DNA of 64,000 bases from Rickettsiales bacterium (lineage in GTDB: Bacteria; Pseudomonadota; Alphaproteobacteria; Rickettsiales; UBA3002): contig CBDFGU010000009.1 in NCBI GenBank assembly GCA_965247335.1, positions 1,328,504-1,392,503 on the forward strand, written 5' to 3'. The notes below the pieces were generated by a model. That model had not been told where the DNA came from. It did no database searches and was given only the letters and a program-made list of their open reading frames with translations. The translations under genes were made by a program, and so were the position numbers. Within the stretch, counting starts at the first letter, position 1, and each line of letters opens with the position of its first letter. This document shows positions 38,301 through 46,260 of this stretch, piece after piece.

Positions 38301-38450
38301 CTCGGTATATCGATCGTCGGGGGGCTGCTGCTCTCACAATTGCTGACATTGTATACCACACCGGTGATCTATCTCGGGATGGAACGGCTCAAAGTCCGCA
38401 TGAAAGGCGGCAGCAATTCAGGGCGCGACGAGGTGCAGCATGGGGCTTAG
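35361..38450 (+). CDS. mdtB: RND multidrug efflux permease, MdtB-like
   Basis: 1029 aa. GTG start 2 nt after the mdtA stop. FIARPVATTLLAVAVLLGG...LPQVDFPTLQV...PGASAE...APLERQFG closely parallels MdtB. 12-TM/two-large-loop RND organisation. Confidence 0.9.
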   Translation: MNVSSPFIARPVATTLLAVAVLLGGMFGYHKLPVAALPQVDFPTLQVNTQLPGASAETTSSLITAPLERQFGLIAGLTSMLSTSSEGTSSITLQFDLSKDLDVAAEDVQAAINAAGGVLPKNLPYPPSYSKVNPADPPILTLALTSDTLPMTEVNNIADTLLAQKLSQVTGVGRVITEGGQRPAFRIQIDPGRLSQYGIGLEDVRASLAAANVNLPKGSFNGPLQALALDVNDQIEDIATYRNIILGVNNGNVVHVRDVGDVVQGVENARVAGWVNGKPAVIVDIQRQPGANIVQTVQNLQKMLPQLKSSIPAGITVSILADRTQTIRASVKDVQFTLMLTIGLVIFVIYLFLRSARATIIPGIALPLSLIATFGVMSVCGFSLDNLSLMALTISAGFVVDDAIVMIENIVRYIEQGEKPLDAAFKGAAEIGFTVISLTVSLIAVFIPLLFMSGIVGRLFREFALTLTIAVIVSAIISLTLTPMMCGRMLKQGSIVESEEGFFHRIQLRYASSLQWVLRHQRMTLLIALASLIATIGLYIIMPKGFLPAEDTGQIVATTDAAQTVSFTEMVRLQGNAAELAKADPDVESVASFLGVGTTNATGNTGHLTIVLKPIADRGGSAQDVVDRLNKKMQGLTGLTVNMQASQDIQIGARVSRTQYQYTLTDLDENELHDWSNRLLEKLKEENALADLTSDASAGGLKADLTMDRDQASRLGIQPDVVDNTLYDAFGQRQVSTVYSQVNQYHVILEVAPQYQMDPKILETLYIKSTNGGMVPLGAFSTLRIVPAPLAISHQGQFPAVTLSFNLAHCASLDKAVRAIGRVEKKLGMPDTIIGSFSGDAAEFQSSLANEPALILTAIIVIYIVLGVLYESTIHPVTILSTLPSAGVGALLALLITGQDLSIVALIGIILLMGIVKKNAIMMIDFALVAERDKGMNATDAIYQACLLRFRPIMMTTMAALLGAIPLAIDSGMGAELRRPLGISIVGGLLLSQLLTLYTTPVIYLGMERLKVRMKGGSNSGRDEVQHGA

Positions 38451-41400
38451 CGAAATGTTCATTCGCCGGCCTGTTGCTACTTTCCTGTTGGCGGCCGGCC
38501 TCTTCATGGCGGGTGTCGTTGCGTTCCTGACGTTGCCGATTGCACCACTACCGCGCGTGGATTTCCCGACCATCTCCGTTTCGGCCAAACTGCCGGGCGC
38601 CAGCCCCGAGACGATGGCAGCGACCGCTGCCGCACCGCTCGAACGCCGCCTCGGCGAGATCGCGGGCGTGACGGAATTGACTTCGACCAGCAACCAAGGT
38701 TCGACGAACATTACCGCGCAGTTCGACCTTGATCGCGATATCGACGGTGCAGCCCGCGACGTGCAGGCCGCGATCAACGCATCGGGCAGCGACCTGCCGG
38801 TGGATCTGCCAAATCCGCCGACTTACCGTAAGGTCAACCCTGCGGATACACCAATCCTTATCCTTGCTGTGACCTCGACCAAGATAGATCAGACCCATCT
38901 CTACGATGCATGCGATTCCATCCTGTCGCAAAAAATCTCGCAGATTCCGGGAGTGGCGCAGGTTACGGTTTCGGGCGCCGATAAGCCTGCCGTACGTATA
39001 CAAGTGGATGCGAATGCGCTGGCGGCAACGGGCCTTAGTCTTGAGGACGTGCGCAGCCGTATCGCCGCAGCGAACCAGAATAATCCAAAAGGAAGTCTTA
39101 ACGGCGCGCTGCGTTCGATGGCCATCAGCAGCAATAGCCAGATCACCCGGGCAAAAGATTACGCCCCCATTTTACTGCAGACCAGCGGCGCGAGCAATTT
39201 GCGTTTGAAGGATATTGCGACCGTAATGGATGACGTGGAAAACAACCGTCAGGCCGGCTGGTTCAACCTCGACAAGGGCATCATCATCATCATCCAGAAA
39301 CAGCCGGATGCAAACGTGATCGAGGTTGTGGACGGCATTAAGAAGATCTTGCCGCAACTCGAGCGCTGGATGCCGAGCGGTACCAAGATCGATGTGCTGG
39401 CCGACCGTACGACCACTATCCGCGCGAGTGTGAACGATGTGGAACTAACGCTGCTGATCTCGAGCGTGCTGGTGGTACTGGTGGTGCTGTTCTCCTTAGG
39501 ACGTTTCACGCCGACCATCGCGGCGAGCATTACTGTGCCGTTATCGCTCGCAGGCACCTTTGCAGCGATGCATCTTCTCGGCTATTCGCTGAATAACATC
39601 TCGTTGCTGGCGCTGACCATCTCTGTCGGCTTCGTCATCGATGATGCCATCGTAATGATCGAGAATATCACCCACCATGTAGAAGCGGGGGAAAGTCCAC
39701 TCGATGCGGCGATCATGGGCGCGAAGGAGATCACGTTCACGGTGATTTCCATCAGCCTCTCACTGATCGCGGTGTTCATCCCGCTACTGTTCATGGGCGG
39801 CATCATCGGCCGCCTGTTCCGTGAATTCGCGGTGACACTTAGCGTTGCGGTGGCGATTTCCGTGGTGATCTCGCTCACCGTAACGCCGACGGTTTATGCG
39901 GCGCTGATGGTGTGGCGGAAAAAACGCGGCAAGCACCCCCAGCCAATTCCGCGGGCGGGCGAATATTTTTATGACTGGTTGTTACGCCATTACTTGAATG
40001 GGCTGGACTGGGTACTGCGTCACCGAACCTTCATGCTGTTGGTGATGGTCGGCACCATCGCGCTTACTGTCTATATGTATGTTGTGGCGCCGAAAGGTTT
40101 CTTCCCGCAACAGGATACAGGGCTTATTCAAGGCACATCGGAAGGGCGTACTGATATTTCCATCGCAGCCATGGCGACGAAACAATACGAAGTGAATAAA
40201 GTTATTCTGAGTGACCCAGCCGTTGCGGGCCTCGGCAGTGCTGTAGGCAGCAATGGGGGCGGCAACGCGAACCAGGGCCGGTTATTTATTAGTTTGAAGC
40301 CACTCAAGGAGCGCGGCATCGGTGCGGATGCAGTAATCAATCGATTGCGCCCAAAGCTGGCCAAGATTGATGGTGTGACCACGACCCTGCAGGCGTCGCA
40401 GGATATCCGTGTGGGTGGCCGCCAGAGTAAAGCGCAATACCAATTCGTACTTTCGGATGAATCGCTCGAGGAATTACGCGAATGGACGCCAAAACTGATC
40501 GAGGCGCTGAAAGCGGAGCCTGGCATTACCGATCTAACAAGCGATCAGGACAAGGCGACCAGTCAGGTGAATATCGTGGTCGACCGCGACCGACTGGCGC
40601 AACTTGGTATCACCATGAGTGGCTTCGATCAGGTGCTGCAGGATGCATTCGCGCAGCGGCAGGTCTCGACCATGTACGGCATCCGCAACCAATACCATGT
40701 GGTTATGGAACTGCTGCCGAAGGACCAACTCGATGCCACTTCGCTCGACTATATCTATATTAAATCGAACACTGGTGCGCAGGTAAAATTTTCCGAAGTT
40801 GCCCATGTCGTCCTGGGCTTTGCGCCGGTTTCGGTGCAGCATCAGGGCCAATTCCCGGCCTCGACGCTGAGCTTCAACCTGCCGCCGGGTTCGTCGCTGG
40901 GCGATGCATCGGATCGTATCCAGCAGGTAACGCGCACTATCGGTATGCCGCCGAGTGTCCACAGCGCTTTCGCCGGCAGTGCTGCTGCATTCGCCGATTC
41001 GCTGAAGGATGAGCCTTTGCTTATTGCCGCAGCATTCATCGCCATCTACCTCGTACTCGGCATCCTTTACGAGAATGTCTGGCACCCGCTCACTATTATT
41101 TCGACGCTGTTCTCAGCGGGCCTTGGTGCATTGCTGGCACTGCGCGTCTGGGGGCTTGACCTGTCGCTCATCAGCATTATCGGCGTCATCATGCTGATGG
41201 GCATCGTGAAGAAAAATGGTATTATGCTGGTTGATTACGCCATCAATGCCGAGCGGATGGGCCAGACTCAGGAAGAGGCTATCCGGGAAGCCTGCGCCCG
41301 GCGTTTCCGTCCTATCGTGATGACGACAATGGCCGCAGTATTCGGCGCACTGCCGTTGGTGCTCACAGGGGGAAATGGCTCAGAGCTGCGTGAACCACTG

Positions 41401-41535
41401 GGCGTTGCCATCGTCGGTGGCCTGTTGGTCTCGCAACTCCTGACGCTATACACGACACCCGTCGTGTATCTGGCGCTCGACCGCTTTAACCGAGGCCGCC
41501 AGGCCGGGGAAAGGAACCATTATGCGCTTACGTAA
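38440..41535 (+). CDS. mdtC: RND multidrug efflux permease, MdtC-like
   Basis: 1031 aa. FIRRPVATFLLAAGLFMAG...LPRVDFPTISVSAKLPGASPETMA...DRDIDGAARDVQAAINA closely parallels MdtC. Overlaps the mdtB stop by 11 nt. Confidence 0.9.
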   Translation: MGLSEMFIRRPVATFLLAAGLFMAGVVAFLTLPIAPLPRVDFPTISVSAKLPGASPETMAATAAAPLERRLGEIAGVTELTSTSNQGSTNITAQFDLDRDIDGAARDVQAAINASGSDLPVDLPNPPTYRKVNPADTPILILAVTSTKIDQTHLYDACDSILSQKISQIPGVAQVTVSGADKPAVRIQVDANALAATGLSLEDVRSRIAAANQNNPKGSLNGALRSMAISSNSQITRAKDYAPILLQTSGASNLRLKDIATVMDDVENNRQAGWFNLDKGIIIIIQKQPDANVIEVVDGIKKILPQLERWMPSGTKIDVLADRTTTIRASVNDVELTLLISSVLVVLVVLFSLGRFTPTIAASITVPLSLAGTFAAMHLLGYSLNNISLLALTISVGFVIDDAIVMIENITHHVEAGESPLDAAIMGAKEITFTVISISLSLIAVFIPLLFMGGIIGRLFREFAVTLSVAVAISVVISLTVTPTVYAALMVWRKKRGKHPQPIPRAGEYFYDWLLRHYLNGLDWVLRHRTFMLLVMVGTIALTVYMYVVAPKGFFPQQDTGLIQGTSEGRTDISIAAMATKQYEVNKVILSDPAVAGLGSAVGSNGGGNANQGRLFISLKPLKERGIGADAVINRLRPKLAKIDGVTTTLQASQDIRVGGRQSKAQYQFVLSDESLEELREWTPKLIEALKAEPGITDLTSDQDKATSQVNIVVDRDRLAQLGITMSGFDQVLQDAFAQRQVSTMYGIRNQYHVVMELLPKDQLDATSLDYIYIKSNTGAQVKFSEVAHVVLGFAPVSVQHQGQFPASTLSFNLPPGSSLGDASDRIQQVTRTIGMPPSVHSAFAGSAAAFADSLKDEPLLIAAAFIAIYLVLGILYENVWHPLTIISTLFSAGLGALLALRVWGLDLSLISIIGVIMLMGIVKKNGIMLVDYAINAERMGQTQEEAIREACARRFRPIVMTTMAAVFGALPLVLTGGNGSELREPLGVAIVGGLLVSQLLTLYTTPVVYLALDRFNRGRQAGERNHYALT

Positions 41536-42961
41536 CTTAGGCTTTGTTTCCATGCTGGCATTGCTGGCCGGGTGCGACCTGTTTAATCCGTATGAGAAAC
41601 CGGAGACGGCAAAGCCGGAAACGTTCGTTGAGCAGCCGCCGGCCGAACTAGTGAAACCGGGCTGGCCGGATGATAAATGGTGGACGAGTTTCAATTCACC
41701 GGAATTGAACGTGCTGGAAGAACAGGCTCAGAAGAATAACTTCGATATCGGTGCGGCGGAAGCACGCGTGCGCGAGGCGGATGCGCAGGTGCGCATCGCT
41801 GGTTCGGCTTTGTTACCGTCACTGGAGGCGGATGCAGGCGCAACCCGTACGCGTGGGAAAAGTGGTGCCAGTACGGGCACAAGTGCCACGACCGGCAGTC
41901 GCACAAGTACAAGTTACAGCGCGAGCCTGCAGGCAGCGTATGAAATTGATTTCTGGGGCAAGAACCGCTCCGCATTGAAAGCGGCACAGGCCAGCCGCGA
42001 TGCGCAGAAATTCGATGCACAGGTCATTGCCATTTCTATCAATGGTTCCGTCGCAACGGTTTATTTCGACATGCTAGCGACGCGGGAACGCATTGCCGTG
42101 GCGCAGGATAATGTTGCCAACGCAGACAAAACGCTCGACTCGCTCGACAAGCGCTTCAAAGCGGGGGTTATCAGCCGGCTCGATGTGGCGCAACAGCAGA
42201 CGGTAGTGGCGGAACAGACGGCGGCGCTGTCACCCTTGCAGCTGAAGCTATCGCAGGATCGTGATGCACTGGCGATTCTACTTGGCCAGTTACCGGAGAA
42301 ACTTGAGGTGCCAACGAGGGCGAAACTGGGTGATGTCGCGCTGCCGGTTGTACCGTCTGGCGCGCCATCTGAGTTGCTCGAGCGCCGGCCCGATGTGGCG
42401 GAAGCGGAAGCACAACTCATCGCGGCGCATGCGAACATCAATGCGGCTCGCGCCGCGTTTTTTCCGAGTATTGGTTTGACGGGCGCATTGGGTTACCAGA
42501 GCACTGCGCTAGGCTCGCTGTTCAATGCCGGCGGCCAGTTGGTAAGTTTTGGCGCAAACCTGGTGCAGCCGATCTTCGAGGGTGGTCTGCTAACGGGCGA
42601 ACTGGAACTGGCCCATGCGCAGCAGGAAGAACTGGCGCAGAATTACTTCAAGATTGTGGTAAGCGCCTTCAGTGATACCGAAGATGCGCTGGCCGGCCTG
42701 CAGCGCCTGAGCGAGCAGGAGAAAGCGCAAACGCAGGTAATGCGCACTTCGAAGGATGCGTATGAATTATCGCAACGTCAGTTCGCGGGAGGAATCGTTG
42801 ATATTACGACAGTGCTAAATACCCAGCGTGCTCTATTCTCGGCGCAGGATAATTACCTGCAGGCGCGCCAGCAACAACTGGCGGCAATGGTTGCGCTTTA
42901 TCAAGCTCTGGGCGGTGGTGTAACGATGTCAGCAACACTGACGTCAGATAAAATTATGTGA
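41522..42961 (+). CDS. Efflux outer-membrane factor lipoprotein, NodT family
   Basis: Signal/lipobox MRLRNLGFVSMLALLAGC. Two-repeat OMF pattern, RRPDV motif, C-terminal LYQALGGG. Overlaps the mdtC stop by 14 nt. Confidence 0.85.
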   Translation: MRLRNLGFVSMLALLAGCDLFNPYEKPETAKPETFVEQPPAELVKPGWPDDKWWTSFNSPELNVLEEQAQKNNFDIGAAEARVREADAQVRIAGSALLPSLEADAGATRTRGKSGASTGTSATTGSRTSTSYSASLQAAYEIDFWGKNRSALKAAQASRDAQKFDAQVIAISINGSVATVYFDMLATRERIAVAQDNVANADKTLDSLDKRFKAGVISRLDVAQQQTVVAEQTAALSPLQLKLSQDRDALAILLGQLPEKLEVPTRAKLGDVALPVVPSGAPSELLERRPDVAEAEAQLIAAHANINAARAAFFPSIGLTGALGYQSTALGSLFNAGGQLVSFGANLVQPIFEGGLLTGELELAHAQQEELAQNYFKIVVSAFSDTEDALAGLQRLSEQEKAQTQVMRTSKDAYELSQRQFAGGIVDITTVLNTQRALFSAQDNYLQARQQQLAAMVALYQALGGGVTMSATLTSDKIM

Positions 42962-43010
42962 ATTCAGTCTTTGATTAAAAGTTATGCGCTACACCGCAAT
43001 CCTGTAATCT

Positions 43011-43100
43011 TTAAATGATTCCGACAATGTCTTCCCCAGCGCCGGTGATGGTATGACAGGCGCTGAGCATAAGCAGCGTTACGATAATGAAATATTTCAT
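43011..43100 (-). CDS. Entericidin-like 29-aa lipoprotein (not in the ORF track)
   Basis: My own translation of the minus strand gives MKYFIIVTLLMLSACHTITGAGEDIVGII-stop. Lipobox LSAC followed by C-xT-x-x-G-x-GEDI, as in EcnA/EcnB (C-NT-x-R-G-x-GEDI). ATG 43100-43098 overlaps the hydrolase stop (ATGA). GGGAGAAG lies upstream within the hydrolase 3' end, its GGAGA core ending 10 nt before the ATG. Confidence 0.65.
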   Translation of the reverse strand: MKYFIIVTLLMLSACHTITGAGEDIVGII

Positions 43101-43939
43101 GAAGCGATCTTCTCCCGAGCGGATGCGGGTTTGGCCTGCAGTTGCGATGCACCAAAAAACTCTGCAGTAAGCGCAGCGACCTTGTGGCGCTCCTGATCGA
43201 TGTGGATCATATGGTAACTGTCGTCAAGCCACGCAATCTCACACGGGCCGCCATGGAGACTTTGTAGAAGGGTCGCGTTGCGTGGATGGCAGACATCATC
43301 TTCTTTCGCGTGAATCAAACACGTAGGAATATGGATGGAAGGCAAGCGTTTCTTCATTGCCTTGTTGAGGCGGAAATTCTGGTACAATGCGCGAAGCGGA
43401 AAACGTGGCAGGGTACCCGGTATGGCATCCGCGCCCGCACCCATGATAGCGGCGCGCACACGATCGGACTTGATGCCGTAGGGCGGGGCTTCGCCGAACG
43501 CCATATTACGTAAGTATGGCAGGTGCGCGACGAAGGGAATGGCAGAGGACAGCCGGTAATGCCATGGTGTGTTCCAGCCATCGTAATTAAATAGTGGCGA
43601 GAAGATGGTGACACCTTTCACGGCATTGCCCTCTTCACTAGCTGCCATCAGGCCGAGCATGCCGCCGACGCAAATGCCGGCAAGGTACAGCTCGTCGACA
43701 TCCTGGCCGAACTCGCGGATGGCGGTGCGAATACTGGCGACCCAGTCTTCATAAGTGGTTGCGAGCAGGGCCGCTTCATCCGCACAATGGCCGGCAAGCG
43801 TGGGCGCGTAGACGTGAAAGCCATTTCGGTTAAGCCCTTTACCGACAAAGCGCATTTCCGCCGGGCTGCCGGTAAGCCCATGGATGAGAAGCACGCCTTT
43901 ACGACTAGTGCCCTCCATGCGGAAATCGAATTGGCTCAT
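43097..43939 (-). CDS. Alpha/beta-fold hydrolase (Est30/monoacylglycerol-lipase-like) with Cys in the nucleophile elbow
   Basis: GVLLIHGLTGSPAEMR oxyanion region. Nucleophile elbow G-I-C-V-G-G, with the Cys90 codon at 43670-43672 (tgc on the minus strand). Acid region HAKEDDV. His region DDSYHMIHID. Confidence 0.8.
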   Translation of the reverse strand: MSQFDFRMEGTSRKGVLLIHGLTGSPAEMRFVGKGLNRNGFHVYAPTLAGHCADEAALLATTYEDWVASIRTAIREFGQDVDELYLAGICVGGMLGLMAASEEGNAVKGVTIFSPLFNYDGWNTPWHYRLSSAIPFVAHLPYLRNMAFGEAPPYGIKSDRVRAAIMGAGADAIPGTLPRFPLRALYQNFRLNKAMKKRLPSIHIPTCLIHAKEDDVCHPRNATLLQSLHGGPCEIAWLDDSYHMIHIDQERHKVAALTAEFFGASQLQAKPASAREKIAS

Positions 43940-43941
43940 TC

Positions 43942-45357
43942 CTAGCGCTTTTCGGCGCGGGAGAAAAGCTCGTCGAGCATGCGTAGCGCGAGGTCAATCT
44001 CGGCATGCGAAATCGTCAGGGCCGGGGCGAGGGTGATGACATTCTTGTGATAACCGCCCACGTCGAGGATGAGGCCGTACTTTTTACCATCGATCAAGAG
44101 GTCGCCTTTCATGCCTTCGTCGGCGATCCAGTCCATCGCTGCCTTGTCCGGCGTGAAGCTGTCTTCGGCTTTACAAATCTCGATGCGCAAGGCGAGGCCA
44201 AGGCCGTCCACATCGCCGATAATCTTGTGCTTCTTTTTGAGGTCCTGAATGCCTGCAAGGAAAATTTTGCCTTTTTCAGTAACGTGTTTCTCGAAGCTCT
44301 CTTCTTCCATCATCTTAAACGCTTCGAGCGCAACGGCAGTACCCATCGGGTTGCTGGCAAAGGTCGAATGCGTCGACCCCGGCGGGAAGATGGTCGGGTT
44401 AATCATATCCTCGCGCGCCCAGAGGCCGGAAAGCGGGTTCAAGCCGTTGGTGATGGCCTTGGCAAACACCAGTACATCCGGGGTAACGCCGAAATGCTCG
44501 ATGCTCCAGAGCTTGCCGGTGCGGTAGACGCCCATCTGAATCTCATCGACCACCAGTAACACGCCATGGTCGTCGAGTACCTTTTTGATCCCTTTGAAAA
44601 AATTCATCGGCGGGATGACATAGCCGCCAGTGCCCTGAATAGGTTCGACATAGAACGCCGCATACTCGCATTTGCCGGTCTTCGGATCCCAGACCCCGTT
44701 ATATTCGCTGTCGAATAGGCGAGAGAACTTGGCGACACATTGCTCACCGTATTCTTCCTTGCTCATGCCTTTCGGCCCGCGGAAATGATAAGGGAACTCG
44801 ATGAACTGCGCGCGGTCGCCGAAGTGACCATAGCGGCGGCGATAGCGGTACGATGAAGTAATTGCCGAGGCGCCGAGCGTGCGGCCATGGTAGCCACCCT
44901 CGAAGGCGAACATCAGGCTTTTGCCGTTGCAGTAGTTACGCACGATCTTGAGGGAATCCTCGATGGCCTGAGCGCCACCAACGTTGAAATGCACCCGGCC
45001 TTTTACGGCGAATTTCTTTTCCATGTCCATGGCGATCTTGCTGGCAAGTTCGACTTTCTCACGGTGGAGGTACTGCGAGGCGACCTGCGGCAGCGTATCG
45101 AGCTGCTGATGCGCGGCGGCATTTAGGCGTGGATTCTTGTATCCGAAATTGACGGCCGAGTACCACATCTGCAGGTCGAGGAACGGGGTGCCCTCGGGCC
45201 CGAACATGTACGATCCTTCGCAGTTGGTGAAGAAGGGGGGATGGTCGGTGTAATGCACCGTATCGCCATAGGAGCAGTATTGCGCCTCAAGTTTGCGTAA
45301 ATGCGCTTCCGGAAATGTTTCAGCGGGCATTGGGTTGGTCTTGACGGCCTTTAACAT
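43942..45357 (-). CDS. Class-III (ornithine/GABA-type) PLP-dependent aminotransferase
   Basis: 471 aa. GGAQAIEDSLK, FEGGYHGRT, VEPIQGTGG, LVVDEIQMG, and the PLP-Lys context VFAKAITNG. Only 2 nt separate it from the hydrolase gene. Confidence 0.85.
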   Translation of the reverse strand: MLKAVKTNPMPAETFPEAHLRKLEAQYCSYGDTVHYTDHPPFFTNCEGSYMFGPEGTPFLDLQMWYSAVNFGYKNPRLNAAAHQQLDTLPQVASQYLHREKVELASKIAMDMEKKFAVKGRVHFNVGGAQAIEDSLKIVRNYCNGKSLMFAFEGGYHGRTLGASAITSSYRYRRRYGHFGDRAQFIEFPYHFRGPKGMSKEEYGEQCVAKFSRLFDSEYNGVWDPKTGKCEYAAFYVEPIQGTGGYVIPPMNFFKGIKKVLDDHGVLLVVDEIQMGVYRTGKLWSIEHFGVTPDVLVFAKAITNGLNPLSGLWAREDMINPTIFPPGSTHSTFASNPMGTAVALEAFKMMEEESFEKHVTEKGKIFLAGIQDLKKKHKIIGDVDGLGLALRIEICKAEDSFTPDKAAMDWIADEGMKGDLLIDGKKYGLILDVGGYHKNVITLAPALTISHAEIDLALRMLDELFSRAEKR

Positions 45358-45381
45358 AATGTCTCTTGGTTCGTGGTGATT

Positions 45382-46053
45382 TTATGAGAATGCAGGAACA
45401 TGATCGGGCAGATGCTGTGCCGGAGCGGGCAGCAGGCGTTTGAGCGCATTTACCACGTCGGCGAAATTGGTGTAATCAACATACGGAATTGCGTGCTGGG
45501 CGCAATAGGTGGCAAGCGAACTTTTGGCAAAAACGATTTCCGGCTTATTGGCGACGCAGAAATCTGAGCGGCCATCACCGATGTAGATGCGTGGGTTTTC
45601 GGCTTTCGTCACCACGTTGCATTTGCAGACACCGGCTGCCGAAACGCAATCCTTGCGGGCGAATGGCGATTCAAGCGTAAAGCCACGTTCGTCGACATCG
45701 AGCTTGTTGGCGATGATGGGCAAATGCGACAGTCCGACGCGCGCGAGAATGCGGCGAATAAAGTAATCGACCCCGTCACTGACGATGGTGACGTCGATCC
45801 TGTTCAGGCGGCAGAAGGCGATAAACGAGACAAAATGGGTATCGATGGAAATCTCGTCGAGCGTTGCATCGAGCGTCTCGACATCCGCACGGATGAGGCG
45901 GATCTGCTGGCGCATGCATTCGCCGGAGCCGATAAGTCCGTTCTTCCAGTCGCGTTCGATCGCTTCCCATGCCGGATCCGCCAGGCGGCTCAGTACATAG
46001 TCGGTCGCATCCTCGCCGGTGATAGTGCCATCGAAATCACAGTATAGTTGCAT
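45382..46053 (-). CDS. HAD-IB phosphatase, MtnX/PHOSPHO-like subfamily
   Basis: Start taken at MQLYCDFDGTIT (HAD motif I DFDGT). Motif II VSDG. Cys-rich CVSAAGVCKCN. Motif IV GDGRSD. The ORF-track start at 46167 adds an unlikely 38-aa leader. Confidence 0.75.
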   Translation of the reverse strand: MQLYCDFDGTITGEDATDYVLSRLADPAWEAIERDWKNGLIGSGECMRQQIRLIRADVETLDATLDEISIDTHFVSFIAFCRLNRIDVTIVSDGVDYFIRRILARVGLSHLPIIANKLDVDERGFTLESPFARKDCVSAAGVCKCNVVTKAENPRIYIGDGRSDFCVANKPEIVFAKSSLATYCAQHAIPYVDYTNFADVVNALKRLLPAPAQHLPDHVPAFS

Positions 46054-46260
46054 GCGTAAAATCCTCCGCTGGCTAGGATCTACCTGCCATTGGTGACGTG
46101 TATATGAATTCAAAATGACGGGAAAATGAATTATTGCAGTTTCGGGTAATAATAACAAAGACACCAAGCAGACAGTATTTCACTTAAAAAGCAATAATTT
46201 GCGATTTACATTTCCGGCGTAAACCACGAATACTACTCATTACAGTAAGAAAAACGGTAA

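Noticed and set aside
35361-42961. mdtB/mdtC tandem RND permeases considered as a possible novelty
   Set aside because: Two adjacent RND permeases with one adaptor is the established MdtABC heteromultimer arrangement. Only the fused OMF gene and the upstream repeats seemed worth noting.
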